From positions 1 through 61,950 of the IMG/VR virus record IMGVR_UViG_3300033145_000307: DNA of 61,950 nucleotides, one strand, 5' to 3'. The stretch is from a virus (taxonomy: Duplodnaviria; Caudoviricetes). The position numbers and the translations under genes were made by a program. Position 1 is the stretch's first letter. Every line of letters begins with the position of its first letter. The notes beneath the pieces were generated by a model. That model searched no databases. It was not told the origin of the DNA and saw nothing but the letters and a program-made list of their open reading frames with translations. This document shows positions 17,991 through 26,638 of this stretch, in pieces.

Positions 17991-19553
17991 TTAATCTTCC
18001 AAATTAAAGGCTTGATCGCTCTCGCCTTGACCTGTTACGTTTAGCCAATCTATTTCGGCTTGTGATAATCCTTTTTTTGGTTCATCTAACAATACGGGAG
18101 CGGCGAATGTTAACGCCAGCGCATCCGCTAAATCAGGAGAAGCCAATCCCCTGCTTTTCATATCTTTTTTCTTTTCAAGCTGTAATCTACTTTTGCCGTC
18201 AAATCCGTATTCTACACCGATTAAGTCGCTTTTAAGTTCTTCTTCGTCTGGGATTGAACCACCAGCACCTAACCAATCTTTCATTAATTGCCACATTTCA
18301 GCCCGTAAATTCACAAATTCATTGGCTTTTGTAGCTCTTTCTCCGGCATTAACCTCATAAATAATATCAAACCCTAATTGTCTTAGTCGGTCACAAACAC
18401 CGGCACCAATCCCAACAGAATCCACAAATACTGTCTTGGGCTTCCACTCCTTTATCTGGCCTGCAATATGCCCGGAGAACTCCATTGTATCAATTTCACG
18501 GTATGTCAATATTTTATGGGTCTGTAACCCTTGCCGAACATAAATAACGCTCTGGTCGTCACCAAATCGTGCTACATCAACGCCCATAAGGACCGGAGCC
18601 CACCCCCAAACATCTCGTAACTGATCATATCGTTTAGTAACGGCACCATCTACAACGTCCTCACCAATAAACTGAGTTGTGGCAGCTTTCGGGAATTTCC
18701 CCAACACCCTGATTCGTACAAAGTCGCTGTCATCGCCATAATCATCAATCCACGCTTGAAGTTGTATTTGATTGGCTTTCTTGGCAGTTCGTGAATCAAT
18801 CGCTCTTCCTGACCATCTATGCCTAAATTTCCCCCAACATTCCTTGAATCGGCCTGTATTCCGTGTTGGATTACCGAAAACAACCCAAATTGCTCCAGGG
18901 GTTGTCATTGCACCCTCTGTGGTTTCCCAAATTATATCCGGGATGTCAGAGGCTTCATCAAAGATCATCAAGACGTGTTTTTCGTGAGTGCCGGCAAACG
19001 ATTCAGGACGATCCTTTGACCACGGAATTGCAGAAGCAAACCAGGTTTCTCGATCATCCTTCTTGTATAGTTTTGTAGCTGTCCATTCAAAAACAGCCTT
19101 GTTCTTTGCCAGCTTGTGCCACTTTGCAAGTTCACGCCAAGTTTTTGTCTCAAGTTGATTCTTGGTGTTGGCGGTTACAACTATCTGTGGATGTTCTCTT
19201 GTGGTGATAAACCAGTATATAATCCAAGCAATTAGAGTAGTTTTTCCAATGCCGTGGCCTGACCTTACAGCCTCCCGAATTGCCTCGTTTAAATGCCCTT
19301 CTTCTTGTCTTTTTGTGGCTTCTCCAAGTTCTTTTAATATTTCGGCCTGCCAAACATCCGGGCCTTCCTCGTCCCTTAGAATCCCCTCTCCCCAACAAAA
19401 GACATATTCAACAAACCCCAAAGGATCATGGAAGAACTTATCATATTCCTTTTCCGCCAAATACCCCTCAACCACCGCAGCATCCATCTTCGGCGCAAAC
19501 AGTTCCGCCATCTTGTCGATGTCCGGTAGGGCTATGTTGGGTTGTGGTGTCAT
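17991..19553 (-). CDS. terL: Terminase large subunit
   Basis: Walker A 'RSGHGIGKT', Walker B 'LMIFDEAS', 'FGNPTR', nuclease 'GVDVARFGDD' and 'SPDLADALAL'. Confidence 0.95.
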   Translation of the reverse strand: MTPQPNIALPDIDKMAELFAPKMDAAVVEGYLAEKEYDKFFHDPLGFVEYVFCWGEGILRDEEGPDVWQAEILKELGEATKRQEEGHLNEAIREAVRSGHGIGKTTLIAWIIYWFITTREHPQIVVTANTKNQLETKTWRELAKWHKLAKNKAVFEWTATKLYKKDDRETWFASAIPWSKDRPESFAGTHEKHVLMIFDEASDIPDIIWETTEGAMTTPGAIWVVFGNPTRNTGRFKECWGKFRHRWSGRAIDSRTAKKANQIQLQAWIDDYGDDSDFVRIRVLGKFPKAATTQFIGEDVVDGAVTKRYDQLRDVWGWAPVLMGVDVARFGDDQSVIYVRQGLQTHKILTYREIDTMEFSGHIAGQIKEWKPKTVFVDSVGIGAGVCDRLRQLGFDIIYEVNAGERATKANEFVNLRAEMWQLMKDWLGAGGSIPDEEELKSDLIGVEYGFDGKSRLQLEKKKDMKSRGLASPDLADALALTFAAPVLLDEPKKGLSQAEIDWLNVTGQGESDQAFNLED

Positions 19554-19784
19554 TTAGTCAAAACATCCATTCAAGACCTCTTTGGTTATACATTCAACAT
19601 ATATGTGCCTTAGATGTTCTTCTAATTCGCTGTATGTCTTAAAAACAAACCGTTCCGATGCCCGTGAAACAACAAAGCCGTTGGCTGCTTGAATGATATT
19701 AAGCCCTGATTGGGGGGCTTGTTGTGGGCCATAATCAACACTCTTTTCTTCTTTAATGTCATTTTTCTCCATCATCCCCTCCAT
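19554..19784 (-). CDS. Small hypothetical protein
   Basis: ORF between sigma and terminase genes; 'IIQAANGFVV...FVFKT'. Confidence 0.55.
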   Translation of the reverse strand: MEGMMEKNDIKEEKSVDYGPQQAPQSGLNIIQAANGFVVSRASERFVFKTYSELEEHLRHIYVECITKEVLNGCFD

Positions 19785-20495
19785 CTAATCCTTATATCGA
19801 CCATTCAGCCGTTTTCCTAAAGTTTCGCAAGCCCTTGTAAGTATTTGGGAGCTTCTTGACTCGGTTATCTCGAAGAACTCCCCGATCTCTTTCAGCGTAT
19901 GTTCCTCCCAGAAATATAGCCATACCATCGTTTGCGTACGTTCCGGAAGAGTGCCGATTGCGCCTTGTAGCTCTTGATTGCGCTCTTTCTCGTCCAATAG
20001 AGAGTGCGGTGTTTCTTCATCGATAAACGCATCAATATAACTCACTTCGTCTGATTGTTCTGGGCCGTCCTCGGTATTAAATAAAACATGGTTATCAAAA
20101 CTAAGGGTCTGCCTTCCCTGTATTTTTACCTGAAGCTCATAAAATTCATCAAGCTCAAGCCCCATTTCTTCAGCTACTTCGTGAGCCTCAACGGGCCTTT
20201 TCAGTCTTTCGGTGGCATCAGAGATAGCCTGCTTGACCCGCTTTATCCGTTTCCTGGTTAACCGTGAAACCCCGTCACCGTCCCGTAATTCGTCAAGGAT
20301 CGCCCCCTTGATTCGATGACGAGCAAAGTTCTTGAGTGAGACCTTGGCCTTTGGATTATAGCTTTCTGTTGCATCTAACGCCCCCAACCACCCGGCCTGT
20401 AATAAATCATCAAGAAGAACATTGGGCGGTGTCTTGGCGTAATATTGACTTGCCAGGGATTCTACTGTTGGCTGTAGGGTTAGGGGGTCTAGCAT
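19785..20495 (-). CDS. fliA: RNA polymerase sigma factor, FliA/WhiG (sigma-28) family
   Basis: 'DDLLQAGWLGALDA', 'FARHRIKGAILDELR.GD.VSR', region 4 'LYFWEEHTLKEIGEFFEITESRSSQI'. Confidence 0.85.
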   Translation of the reverse strand: MLDPLTLQPTVESLASQYYAKTPPNVLLDDLLQAGWLGALDATESYNPKAKVSLKNFARHRIKGAILDELRDGDGVSRLTRKRIKRVKQAISDATERLKRPVEAHEVAEEMGLELDEFYELQVKIQGRQTLSFDNHVLFNTEDGPEQSDEVSYIDAFIDEETPHSLLDEKERNQELQGAIGTLPERTQTMVWLYFWEEHTLKEIGEFFEITESRSSQILTRACETLGKRLNGRYKD

Positions 20496-20512
20496 GTTAC
20501 TCCATTAAAAAA

Positions 20513-20942
20513 TTAGACGGGCGGTATCTCAATTATAAAGTTTTAGGTAATTCCTCTGTCCGTGCCTTTTTGGCAATTTTCACAAGCTCGTTCTGAATAA
20601 TCGCATCTTTGATTGCATCCCATGTTTTTCGGCAAAACTTACCATCGGGGAGATCTCTGCCCCGTGTCCAATCTTCACCGGCTCGTGGAGTTCTATTTGA
20701 CATGATGCACCCCAAGTAGTCTCCTTTGAATACAATATTGTACCGATGATGATGTGTATAAATAGTTACTTGCGTTCTCGTCATTTCGAGTTGGCCCGTT
20801 TGGTTTTTGTCCAAATTAGAAGTAATTTCACAATGGTCATGAATCTTACCCCAAGGGCAAATTTCCTTTAACCATTCAAGCAATTGTTCCTTTCTTTCTT
20901 CATGTTCCATTTCTATTCTCCTTTTTTATACCGCCCGTCTAA
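20513..20942. repeat. Perfect 15-bp inverted repeat flanking gene 20533-20910
   Basis: TTAGACGGGCGGTAT at 20513-20527 and ATACCGCCCGTCTAA at 20928-20942. Confidence 0.9.
20533..20910 (-). CDS. Hypothetical protein
   Basis: 125 aa with AAGGAG RBS; 'YLGC...RAGEDWTRGRDLPDG'. Confidence 0.7.
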   Translation of the reverse strand: MEHEERKEQLLEWLKEICPWGKIHDHCEITSNLDKNQTGQLEMTRTQVTIYTHHHRYNIVFKGDYLGCIMSNRTPRAGEDWTRGRDLPDGKFCRKTWDAIKDAIIQNELVKIAKKARTEELPKTL

Positions 20943-20960
20943 AAGCGGATTGTTCCTCCA

Positions 20961-21000
20961 AAAAGAAAAAGGGCTCCCCCAGGCTGGTACCAGGAAGCCC
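20961..21000 (-). terminator. Intrinsic terminator
   Basis: Minus-strand GGGCTTCCT...GGGGAGCCC followed by TTTTTCTTTT. Confidence 0.6.
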
Positions 21001-21115
21001 CTTTTGTTAAGTAGCCGTCGCTACAGTGTTAGATTGTGTTGTTAAAACGCTTGTCCTATCATCCACCCTATTGCAAAGAAAACAATAAACAACATTAGGC
21101 CCTTACCAAAAGCCA

Positions 21116-21373
21116 TCAATATCCCCCCGGAGGCATTGCCTCTAAGATAGCCTTTTCGTCTTTAGAAAGTCCGAGTGTTGGTGATTCTAATTCCTCCACC
21201 AACTTCAAGCGTTGCCTGTTTAAAGATTCCAAAGCCCTCACTTTTTCATAGTCGTCATGTTTTTTGTCTTCGTGGATTGTCTTTATATGTTCATCACAAA
21301 GGACTATTAAATATTGTATATTTTCCTTTATCACGTTCCCTCCCTCACAAAATCCTCTTGGCTCAGACAGCAA
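21116..21373 (-). CDS. Hypothetical protein
   Basis: Co-oriented ORF; start uncertain. Confidence 0.45.
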   Translation of the reverse strand: MLSEPRGFCEGGNVIKENIQYLIVLCDEHIKTIHEDKKHDDYEKVRALESLNRQRLKLVEELESPTLGLSKDEKAILEAMPPGGY

Positions 21374-21621
21374 TAGTGATCAACTGGCTTTATAATCGGG
21401 ATCGTGCCTTTTCCCTTGCAGACAGGACAGGAATGGCTACTGTCAGTGCCGCCATCTACCCACTCAGACACATCTCCAGTTATCCACGGAGGCCTTTCTA
21501 CGACACCGTAACCATTACAAACTGGACACTTTTGGACTTGACAAGTTTTGTCCTCCTGCCCGTCCCGATAAACAACATCAACCATCTTCAACAGCGTGTT
21601 CATAAAGCCTGAGTATGGCAT
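21331..21621 (-). CDS. DnaJ-type zinc-finger small protein
   Basis: Two CxxCxGxG motifs (CPVCNGYG, CPVCKGKG). Confidence 0.6.
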   Translation of the reverse strand: MPYSGFMNTLLKMVDVVYRDGQEDKTCQVQKCPVCNGYGVVERPPWITGDVSEWVDGGTDSSHSCPVCKGKGTIPIIKPVDHYCCLSQEDFVREGT

Positions 21622-21686
21622 TGCTCCCGACTTATACGCCCTTGCCGCTTTCTCGATTGCGTTTATTGCTGTTTACTTGGGGGTTG

Positions 21687-21881
21687 TCATAATTGATTAT
21701 CCTTCGTACAAAGCCGATCAATATAAAAACTAACTGAACTACAATTTTTTTTAGTGCATCCCTCTCCACTACCAAAAGAAAGCGAAAAGTTTTCTTTTCT
21801 GTTGTGAACAATGATGTCTACTTCCGCGTCTTGGTTGTAGTCACCCAATTGATTTATTAGTTCTCGAACCTTCCAGCCCAT
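21687..21881 (-). CDS. Hypothetical protein
   Basis: 'WKVRELINQLGDYNQDAEV' is a common small phage protein start; RBS present. Confidence 0.55.
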   Translation of the reverse strand: MGWKVRELINQLGDYNQDAEVDIIVHNRKENFSLSFGSGEGCTKKNCSSVSFYIDRLCTKDNQL

Positions 21882-22505
21882 GTTCCTCTCCTATTCGTCA
21901 TTCGGATCAACTATCATGTCCATATCCACCTCCAAACCCAAACCACCAGAAACCCCATACCCACAACGACCATGCCGGTTATTATGCCTAATGCTCTGGC
22001 TTTGGCCGGGGTCATTTGCAGAGCTGTCCCCATAAGCAACTATTCATATCGCAATCCCGTTGTATTTCTGCCGCCAACAACATATATCGCACCAAATCTT
22101 CTCGCTCTTCTTTGGGATACTTTCTCCCCGCACAATCACAGTTCGGAACTGCCTTTTGTATTCGATTTCTTGTTATAATCGGTAGGTCTTCCACCATTTC
22201 ACCCTCCATCTTTCGGCTTCCGCCACATCAACCACGGCAGCGCAAAGCGGTTCTCTTTGGCTCTGGCGGTCAGTTGTGTATGCGCTTCTATTTTTAGTCT
22301 TTTGACATGTTTTTTAGCTGGATGTCCACAAAAAGGACAGGACTCCCCCTCTTGCAAATAATCAAGATCCCCTATCCCACAGTTTTTACATCTCACCTCC
22401 ATACCGGCGCACCCGCAAGCCACGATACACCCACGATAGCAGCACAGAACAGGATGCAGATGATAACCATCACTGCACCGTTGGTTGGCCTGGTTGGCAT
22501 GTTGT

Positions 22506-22763
22506 TCATCGCCTCTTTGGCTTGTATAGCTCTTGTTGGATACGTTCAATGCGATGAAACAATAAAATTGCTATTTCAGCAGCACCAAAACCGCTCCGTT
22601 CTCCAATCTGATCAAGGCTTTGCTGTGTCCCAAAACAAGCGGAATATTCCTTATATGCTTCTTCCGCAACTATCCTTGGCAAGTCTTTGGTGGGTTGCAA
22701 CGGAAAAACCTGACATTCTTTATTATAGTCCCTCCACTGTCCGTTCGTACACATAAACCTCAT
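22506..22763 (-). CDS. Hypothetical protein
   Basis: True start likely ATG 22763 (GGGAGG RBS); the longer ORF call overlaps the tRNAs. Confidence 0.55.
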   Translation of the reverse strand: MRFMCTNGQWRDYNKECQVFPLQPTKDLPRIVAEEAYKEYSACFGTQQSLDQIGERSGFGAAEIAILLFHRIERIQQELYKPKRR

Positions 22764-22857
22764 GTCTTCCTCCCTCTCTGTCTTGTCTTTCCCCATTTCA
22801 CTTCTCCAACAATTACCGCTGGTTAGTTGGGTGTTGCCACAGCACCGTAAGAATTCA

Positions 22858-22930
22858 AAGGGGCAAGAGGATTTGAACCTCTGAATAACCGGGTCAAAGC
22901 CGGTTGCGTTTACCACTTCGCCACACCCCG
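22858..22930 (-). tRNA. tRNA-Gln(UUG), atypical acceptor stem, no encoded CCA
   Basis: Cloverleaf: anticodon arm ACCGG-CTTTGAC-CCGGT, T arm AGAGG-TTCAAAT-CCTCT, D loop with GG. Confidence 0.8.
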
Positions 22931-22938
22931 CATCATTT

Positions 22939-23015
22939 TGGTCCTGATGGCAAGATTCGAACTTGCAAATACTCGGTCCCAAGCCGAGTGGCATACCAGA
23001 TTAGCCCACACCAGG
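22939..23015 (-). tRNA. tRNA-Pro(UGG) with encoded CCA
   Basis: CCTGGTG/CATCAGG acceptor, CTCGG-CTTGGGA-CCGAG, GCAAG-TTCGAAT-CTTGC, A73-CCA. Confidence 0.92.
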
Positions 23016-23214
23016 ACTTACCTGGGTGATAATGGTTTGTTGTCGTTCATCCCCTATCTTCCTCTTCTCTTAATTCCATATCAGCACCACTCCTCTTCCT
23101 CCGATCCCGATACGTCCGGGTGTCTTGGCACCTTTTACAAGTACACCGAGACTTTCGGTGGGTAATCCCCTTGGTTGTGCTTCCCCTTATTTGCTTCTTT
23201 CTGGTTCGGCTCAT

Positions 23215-23442
23215 TTAGTGCCACCATCCCCAACGACAACCATGCTCCCAGATAAAAAGCTGGTCAATTAGGATATAAAGCGCTAAACCGCCCAACATAA
23301 TTACACAAAGAGAGAGGTTGATCATAATAATCTTATTGTATTTTTCCTCCTCTTTGATAAGGGCGGACATTTCTTTATTAAATTCTTTTGCCTTCACGCT
23401 CCCCTCCTTCTGTGTCATTTGTTTGACGGTGTTAATCCTCAA
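23215..23442 (-). CDS. Small membrane protein
   Basis: One TM segment; start probably internal GTG after GGAGGGG. Confidence 0.5.
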   Translation of the reverse strand: MRINTVKQMTQKEGSVKAKEFNKEMSALIKEEEKYNKIIMINLSLCVIMLGGLALYILIDQLFIWEHGCRWGWWH

Positions 23443-23551
23443 ACAGTTCTTTTAGGTAATAAATTAAGCCTTCAAGGTCTTTAAAAACATTGGTTTCGGT
23501 TTCCGTTGACACGACAAACCCATTCTTTGCCTCAGTGATTACTATTTTCAC
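23432..23551 (-). CDS. 39-aa protein, paralog of 19554-19784 (not in ORF track)
   Basis: Manual translation MKIVITEAKNGFVVSTETETNVFKDLEGLIYYLKELFED; GGGGGA RBS. Confidence 0.5.
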   Translation of the reverse strand: MKIVITEAKNGFVVSTETETNVFKDLEGLIYYLKELFED

Positions 23552-23706
23552 CTATCCCCCCTAAAAGTCATCAAAATCTACATAATATCTGTTATCAGAC
23601 CTTGCTTCTTGTATGCTTACCACTTGATAAGCTCTTGTAATAACATGCGATACGCTCGCTTAATCCTCGCAAACCAGTTAAAACAGTACATTCCCTTGTA
23701 ACCCCT

Positions 23707-24141
23707 TCATGTTATTTTCTTCTGCCCCTGACCCTTCAGTTCTGCCACCTTGGACATCACAAGCATGAAGTATTCTTCACCAAAGATCAATTTGATTGCC
23801 TCCAACAGTTCAGGGGGAATCCCGATCTCAATTTGCTGTTTCTCGCTCCAACCCTCAAATCTCTGATATGCCAGCTTTGCAGCCGTGCTGTCACCCTTCG
23901 CAGCCTGTTTTAACACGCCCACGTCCGCCTTTGATAGGTGTGGGCTGTATTTCTTGCGCCTCATGTCAAGGGCTTCTGCCTCTATTTCGCTGAGTTCGTC
24001 AGGTGTAAAGCTCTGGTAAATGGTCTCCCCTCTTGCATATCCCAATATCTGCAAAGACATCTGTTCCCGATTTAAAAACTCCTTTTCTGGGTTTCCAAGC
24101 CATTCTAAAAGTTTAGCTTTATTTCTAATTTTAACAGCCAT
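23707..24141 (-). CDS. Possible terminase small subunit / helical DNA-binding protein
   Basis: ATG 24141; 'VLKQAAKGDSTAAKLAYQRFEGWSEKQQIEI' resembles TerS C-termini, but the gene is 4 kb from terL. Confidence 0.45.
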   Translation of the reverse strand: MAVKIRNKAKLLEWLGNPEKEFLNREQMSLQILGYARGETIYQSFTPDELSEIEAEALDMRRKKYSPHLSKADVGVLKQAAKGDSTAAKLAYQRFEGWSEKQQIEIGIPPELLEAIKLIFGEEYFMLVMSKVAELKGQGQKKIT

Positions 24142-24174
24142 ATTTAATATTCTTTGTCTTTTCTTTAAAATCCT

Positions 24175-24252
24175 CAGGTAAAGAAAGTAGACTGAACAGG
24201 TAAAGAATAGTGTACTGAAACAGGTGTTTTCAGGTAAAGAAAGTAGACTGAA
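24175..24252. repeat. Iteron-like direct repeats (candidate origin or operator array)
   Basis: CAGGTAAAGAAAGTAGACTGAA at 24175-24196 and 24231-24252; variant at 24197-24219; partial CAGGT at 24221. Confidence 0.85.
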
Positions 24253-24320
24253 GCCCTCTCGCAAATGCACTGTTTACGCTGTTTCATTTTGTCCCTATAA
24301 TATAATAGGCCTGCGCCTAT

Positions 24321-24632
24321 TCAAAATACCTTTAGTCTATATAAACTTTTATGTTTACTTCCTGTTGTGCCTTGAAAGTTCCCCTGCTTTATAACCTCTA
24401 TGAAATTATTATTAACCAATTCTTTAATGGCCTTAGAGAATGTTGGTTTTGAGATTCCCAAATTTGTGAGTTGACTATATGGACACTCAATAGTATTTGT
24501 GCCACTTTTGGGGATACGAGTTTTATATTTAAATCGAACGTGCCTTAAAAATATCTGATACACCCATCTGGCACTAAATGAGAGTTTTGCAAGTTTTATA
24601 AATAAATCATCTGGTATTGTTAAAAATCCCAA
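24321..24632 (-). CDS. Winged-helix DNA-binding protein (replication-initiator-like)
   Basis: TTG start; 'PYSQL..LGISKPTFSKAIKELVNNNFIEV..QG...LYRL'. Confidence 0.7.
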   Translation of the reverse strand: MGFLTIPDDLFIKLAKLSFSARWVYQIFLRHVRFKYKTRIPKSGTNTIECPYSQLTNLGISKPTFSKAIKELVNNNFIEVIKQGNFQGTTGSKHKSLYRLKVF

Positions 24633-24665
24633 GTGCGTCTCCCATAACGCTCCCGGTAAATGTTA

Positions 24666-24719
24666 CCAAGGGAGGCCGGATCAGGAAGTCCGGTTTTCGG
24701 TAGCTAACCTATCCCTTGG
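24666..24719 (-). promoter_or_regulatory. Three-way-junction RNA structure in the leader of the wHTH gene
   Basis: CCAAGGGA/TCCCTTGG closing stem; GGT/ACC and CCGGA/TCCGG inner hairpins. Confidence 0.55.
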
Positions 24720-24770
24720 CTTGTACTTGTTGCTTAGGCTGTTTGTTCGACCAGTCTAAACGACAAACTG

Positions 24771-25088
24771 TTAATTAACTTCTATCTCTTCATGGCAGAA
24801 CGGGCAACAATTGCCATTATTCCACCACGATCTCAGTCTTGCTATAGTTCCGCAGTTCTTACACGTCCTTGGATTGTTTAAAATTAAATGTGTTGGTGTA
24901 TTGTCTGGTGATACAATATCGCTTAGTTGTTGAGGTGAGGCTTTGGTTCGCTTGTTCTTGAGTTGCCTAACGCGCCTCCAAACGGTCATTGGCGATACAC
25001 GACAGGCTTTCGCCGTTTTGATTGGTGACATGCCCGAGATAAGACACGCTTTGATTTCGTTGTCTTTGTGTACCCCAAGATGTTGCAT
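24771..25088 (-). CDS. HTH plus zinc-ribbon regulator (probably leaderless)
   Basis: HTH 'GMSPIKTAKACRVSPMTVWRRVR'; CKNC...CPFC; ATG 25088 just downstream of a -10 box. Confidence 0.6.
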   Translation of the reverse strand: MQHLGVHKDNEIKACLISGMSPIKTAKACRVSPMTVWRRVRQLKNKRTKASPQQLSDIVSPDNTPTHLILNNPRTCKNCGTIARLRSWWNNGNCCPFCHEEIEVN

Positions 25089-25096
25089 GTTAAAAT

Positions 25097-25126
25097 ATAT
25101 TACACACACTCTATAGAAACTGTCAA
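25097..25126 (-). promoter_or_regulatory. sigma70-like promoter
   Basis: TTGACA-18-TAATAT. Confidence 0.5.
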
Positions 25127-25175
25127 GATTTATTATTTGCCTCATAGGTAACGGTGGGTGCCAGATAGTCAACTG

Positions 25176-25216
25176 ATTATGCAAACCCTACCGCCTTGTG
25201 TCAACTTTCTGACACA
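25176..25216 (-). promoter_or_regulatory. sigma70-like promoter overlapped by an operator-like palindrome
   Basis: TTGACA(25204-25199)-17-CATAAT(25181-25176); TGTGTCA-N6-TGACACA at 25197-25216. Confidence 0.65.
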
Positions 25217-25378
25217 CATAATTACATATAATTACCAGTAACATGAAAATAAATATATTGTGCTAAATTGGTATGTTGTGGCTTGTTGTAAAACATTCAA
25301 AATAACGTGGCACGAATATTCCCCTTTATATATAGTAAAGGGTTTACATTATAACAAACAGCAAGGGAGGGAATTATT

Positions 25379-25609
25379 ATGATTACCAATACAAAACAGT
25401 TTTCTATAACAGGCATTTGCAAGAACGACATAATTGATAATTTTGCAGAAACACGCCGGGCAGATCAAGTCAAAGCTAAAGTGGACAAAATGACTGGTCA
25501 GGACATGATTCGCCTGGCAAGCATGTTGGAAGATGCGTATGTTGACCAGTTGCTTTGGGATAGCTTAACGGCTATCTTTGAAGAGCATTTTTTAAAACAG
25601 GAAGTGTAG
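25379..25609 (+). CDS. Hypothetical protein (first gene of plus-strand island)
   Basis: GGGAGGG RBS, 76 aa. Confidence 0.65.
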   Translation: MITNTKQFSITGICKNDIIDNFAETRRADQVKAKVDKMTGQDMIRLASMLEDAYVDQLLWDSLTAIFEEHFLKQEV

Positions 25610-25729
25610 GAGACCAACCAATGCCAAGACAACCACCAACAACAGAAGAACTCCGGAAGCTCCTGAAAGAGCTTGAGGCGGAGGTTAAGCTTTATAACTT
25701 ACTGTATGCAGACAAGGGAGGGAATAATC

Positions 25730-26398
25730 ATGGAAGCCAAATTAACCCTAAATGATGTCATTATAGAGATCACTCGCCGGTGCAATCTACAATGTGAACA
25801 TTGCTTAAGGGGGAATGCTCAAAATATTGATATAAACACAAAGTTCATTGACGCTTTATTTGAACGGGTTGGCTATATCGGCTCACTTACAATCACAGGA
25901 GGGGAACCAGGACTAAGGCCAAAGCTAATTAATTACATTGTTGAGAGCGCCAAAGCCCACAATGTCGATATTGGTAGTTTTTATCTTGCAACAAACGGGA
26001 CACAGGCTTCTGATGATTTCATTTTAGCCCTCATTAAATTGTATTTGTATTGTTCAGACAATGAGACAACACAAGTTGAGATTTCAAACGATCAATATCA
26101 CGACAATAATGAAGAAGCAACGAGAAGGCTACAAGCCCTTGCTTTTGTTAACTATAAACAAGGAGATATTCTTGACAAATTTGTAATAGCAGAGGGTCGC
26201 GCTAAAGACTTTGGAGAAAACTATAAAACAGATTATGGTTTTGAAATCGATGAAGATTATATTGAGGGCACGGTATATTTAAATGCCTTGGGGAAAATTA
26301 TATCTGATTGTGACTGGAGTTATGAAAACCAAAGCGATCATTTTGTGTGTAATGTTAATAAATTGGCCTTAGATAAGCTTGAAAAATATACACCTTAA
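25730..26398 (+). CDS. Radical SAM protein
   Basis: 'EITRRCNLQCEHC' (CxxxCxxC), 'TGGEP', 'TNG'; ATG 25730 with RBS. Confidence 0.9.
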   Translation: MEAKLTLNDVIIEITRRCNLQCEHCLRGNAQNIDINTKFIDALFERVGYIGSLTITGGEPGLRPKLINYIVESAKAHNVDIGSFYLATNGTQASDDFILALIKLYLYCSDNETTQVEISNDQYHDNNEEATRRLQALAFVNYKQGDILDKFVIAEGRAKDFGENYKTDYGFEIDEDYIEGTVYLNALGKIISDCDWSYENQSDHFVCNVNKLALDKLEKYTP

Positions 26399-26411
26399 GG
26401 GGGAAACAACC

Positions 26412-26624
26412 ATGTATAATGCGCTAAGAATTGTTGAGGCAGAATCGGTAGAAGATTATCTTGATCGATATTACAAAAAAGATCGTATGACAGACACACT
26501 GTTAGAATCTTACGAAAAAGAGTATAAAGAGAATGGCTATGTTTGTACAAGCCATCACGACAATGTAACGGGGGATTTTATCGCATGGCCGTCATATCCG
26601 AGCAAGACCATAGCAATACCTTAA
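26412..26624 (+). CDS. Hypothetical protein
   Basis: RBS plus ATG 26412. Confidence 0.55.
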   Translation: MYNALRIVEAESVEDYLDRYYKKDRMTDTLLESYEKEYKENGYVCTSHHDNVTGDFIAWPSYPSKTIAIP

Positions 26625-26638
26625 AGGAGGAGGGTGAA

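Noticed and set aside
22764-22994. 5' extension of the 162-aa ORF 22506-22994
   Set aside because: Overlaps two tRNA genes; a good RBS supports the start at 22763.
24175-24252. Mini CRISPR array
   Set aside because: Repeats are adjacent or separated by only about 11 bp; no spacer-length unique sequences and no cas genes.
25308-25322. sigma54 promoter TGGCACGAATATTCC
   Set aside because: The -24 box matches, but the conserved -12 GC is CC.
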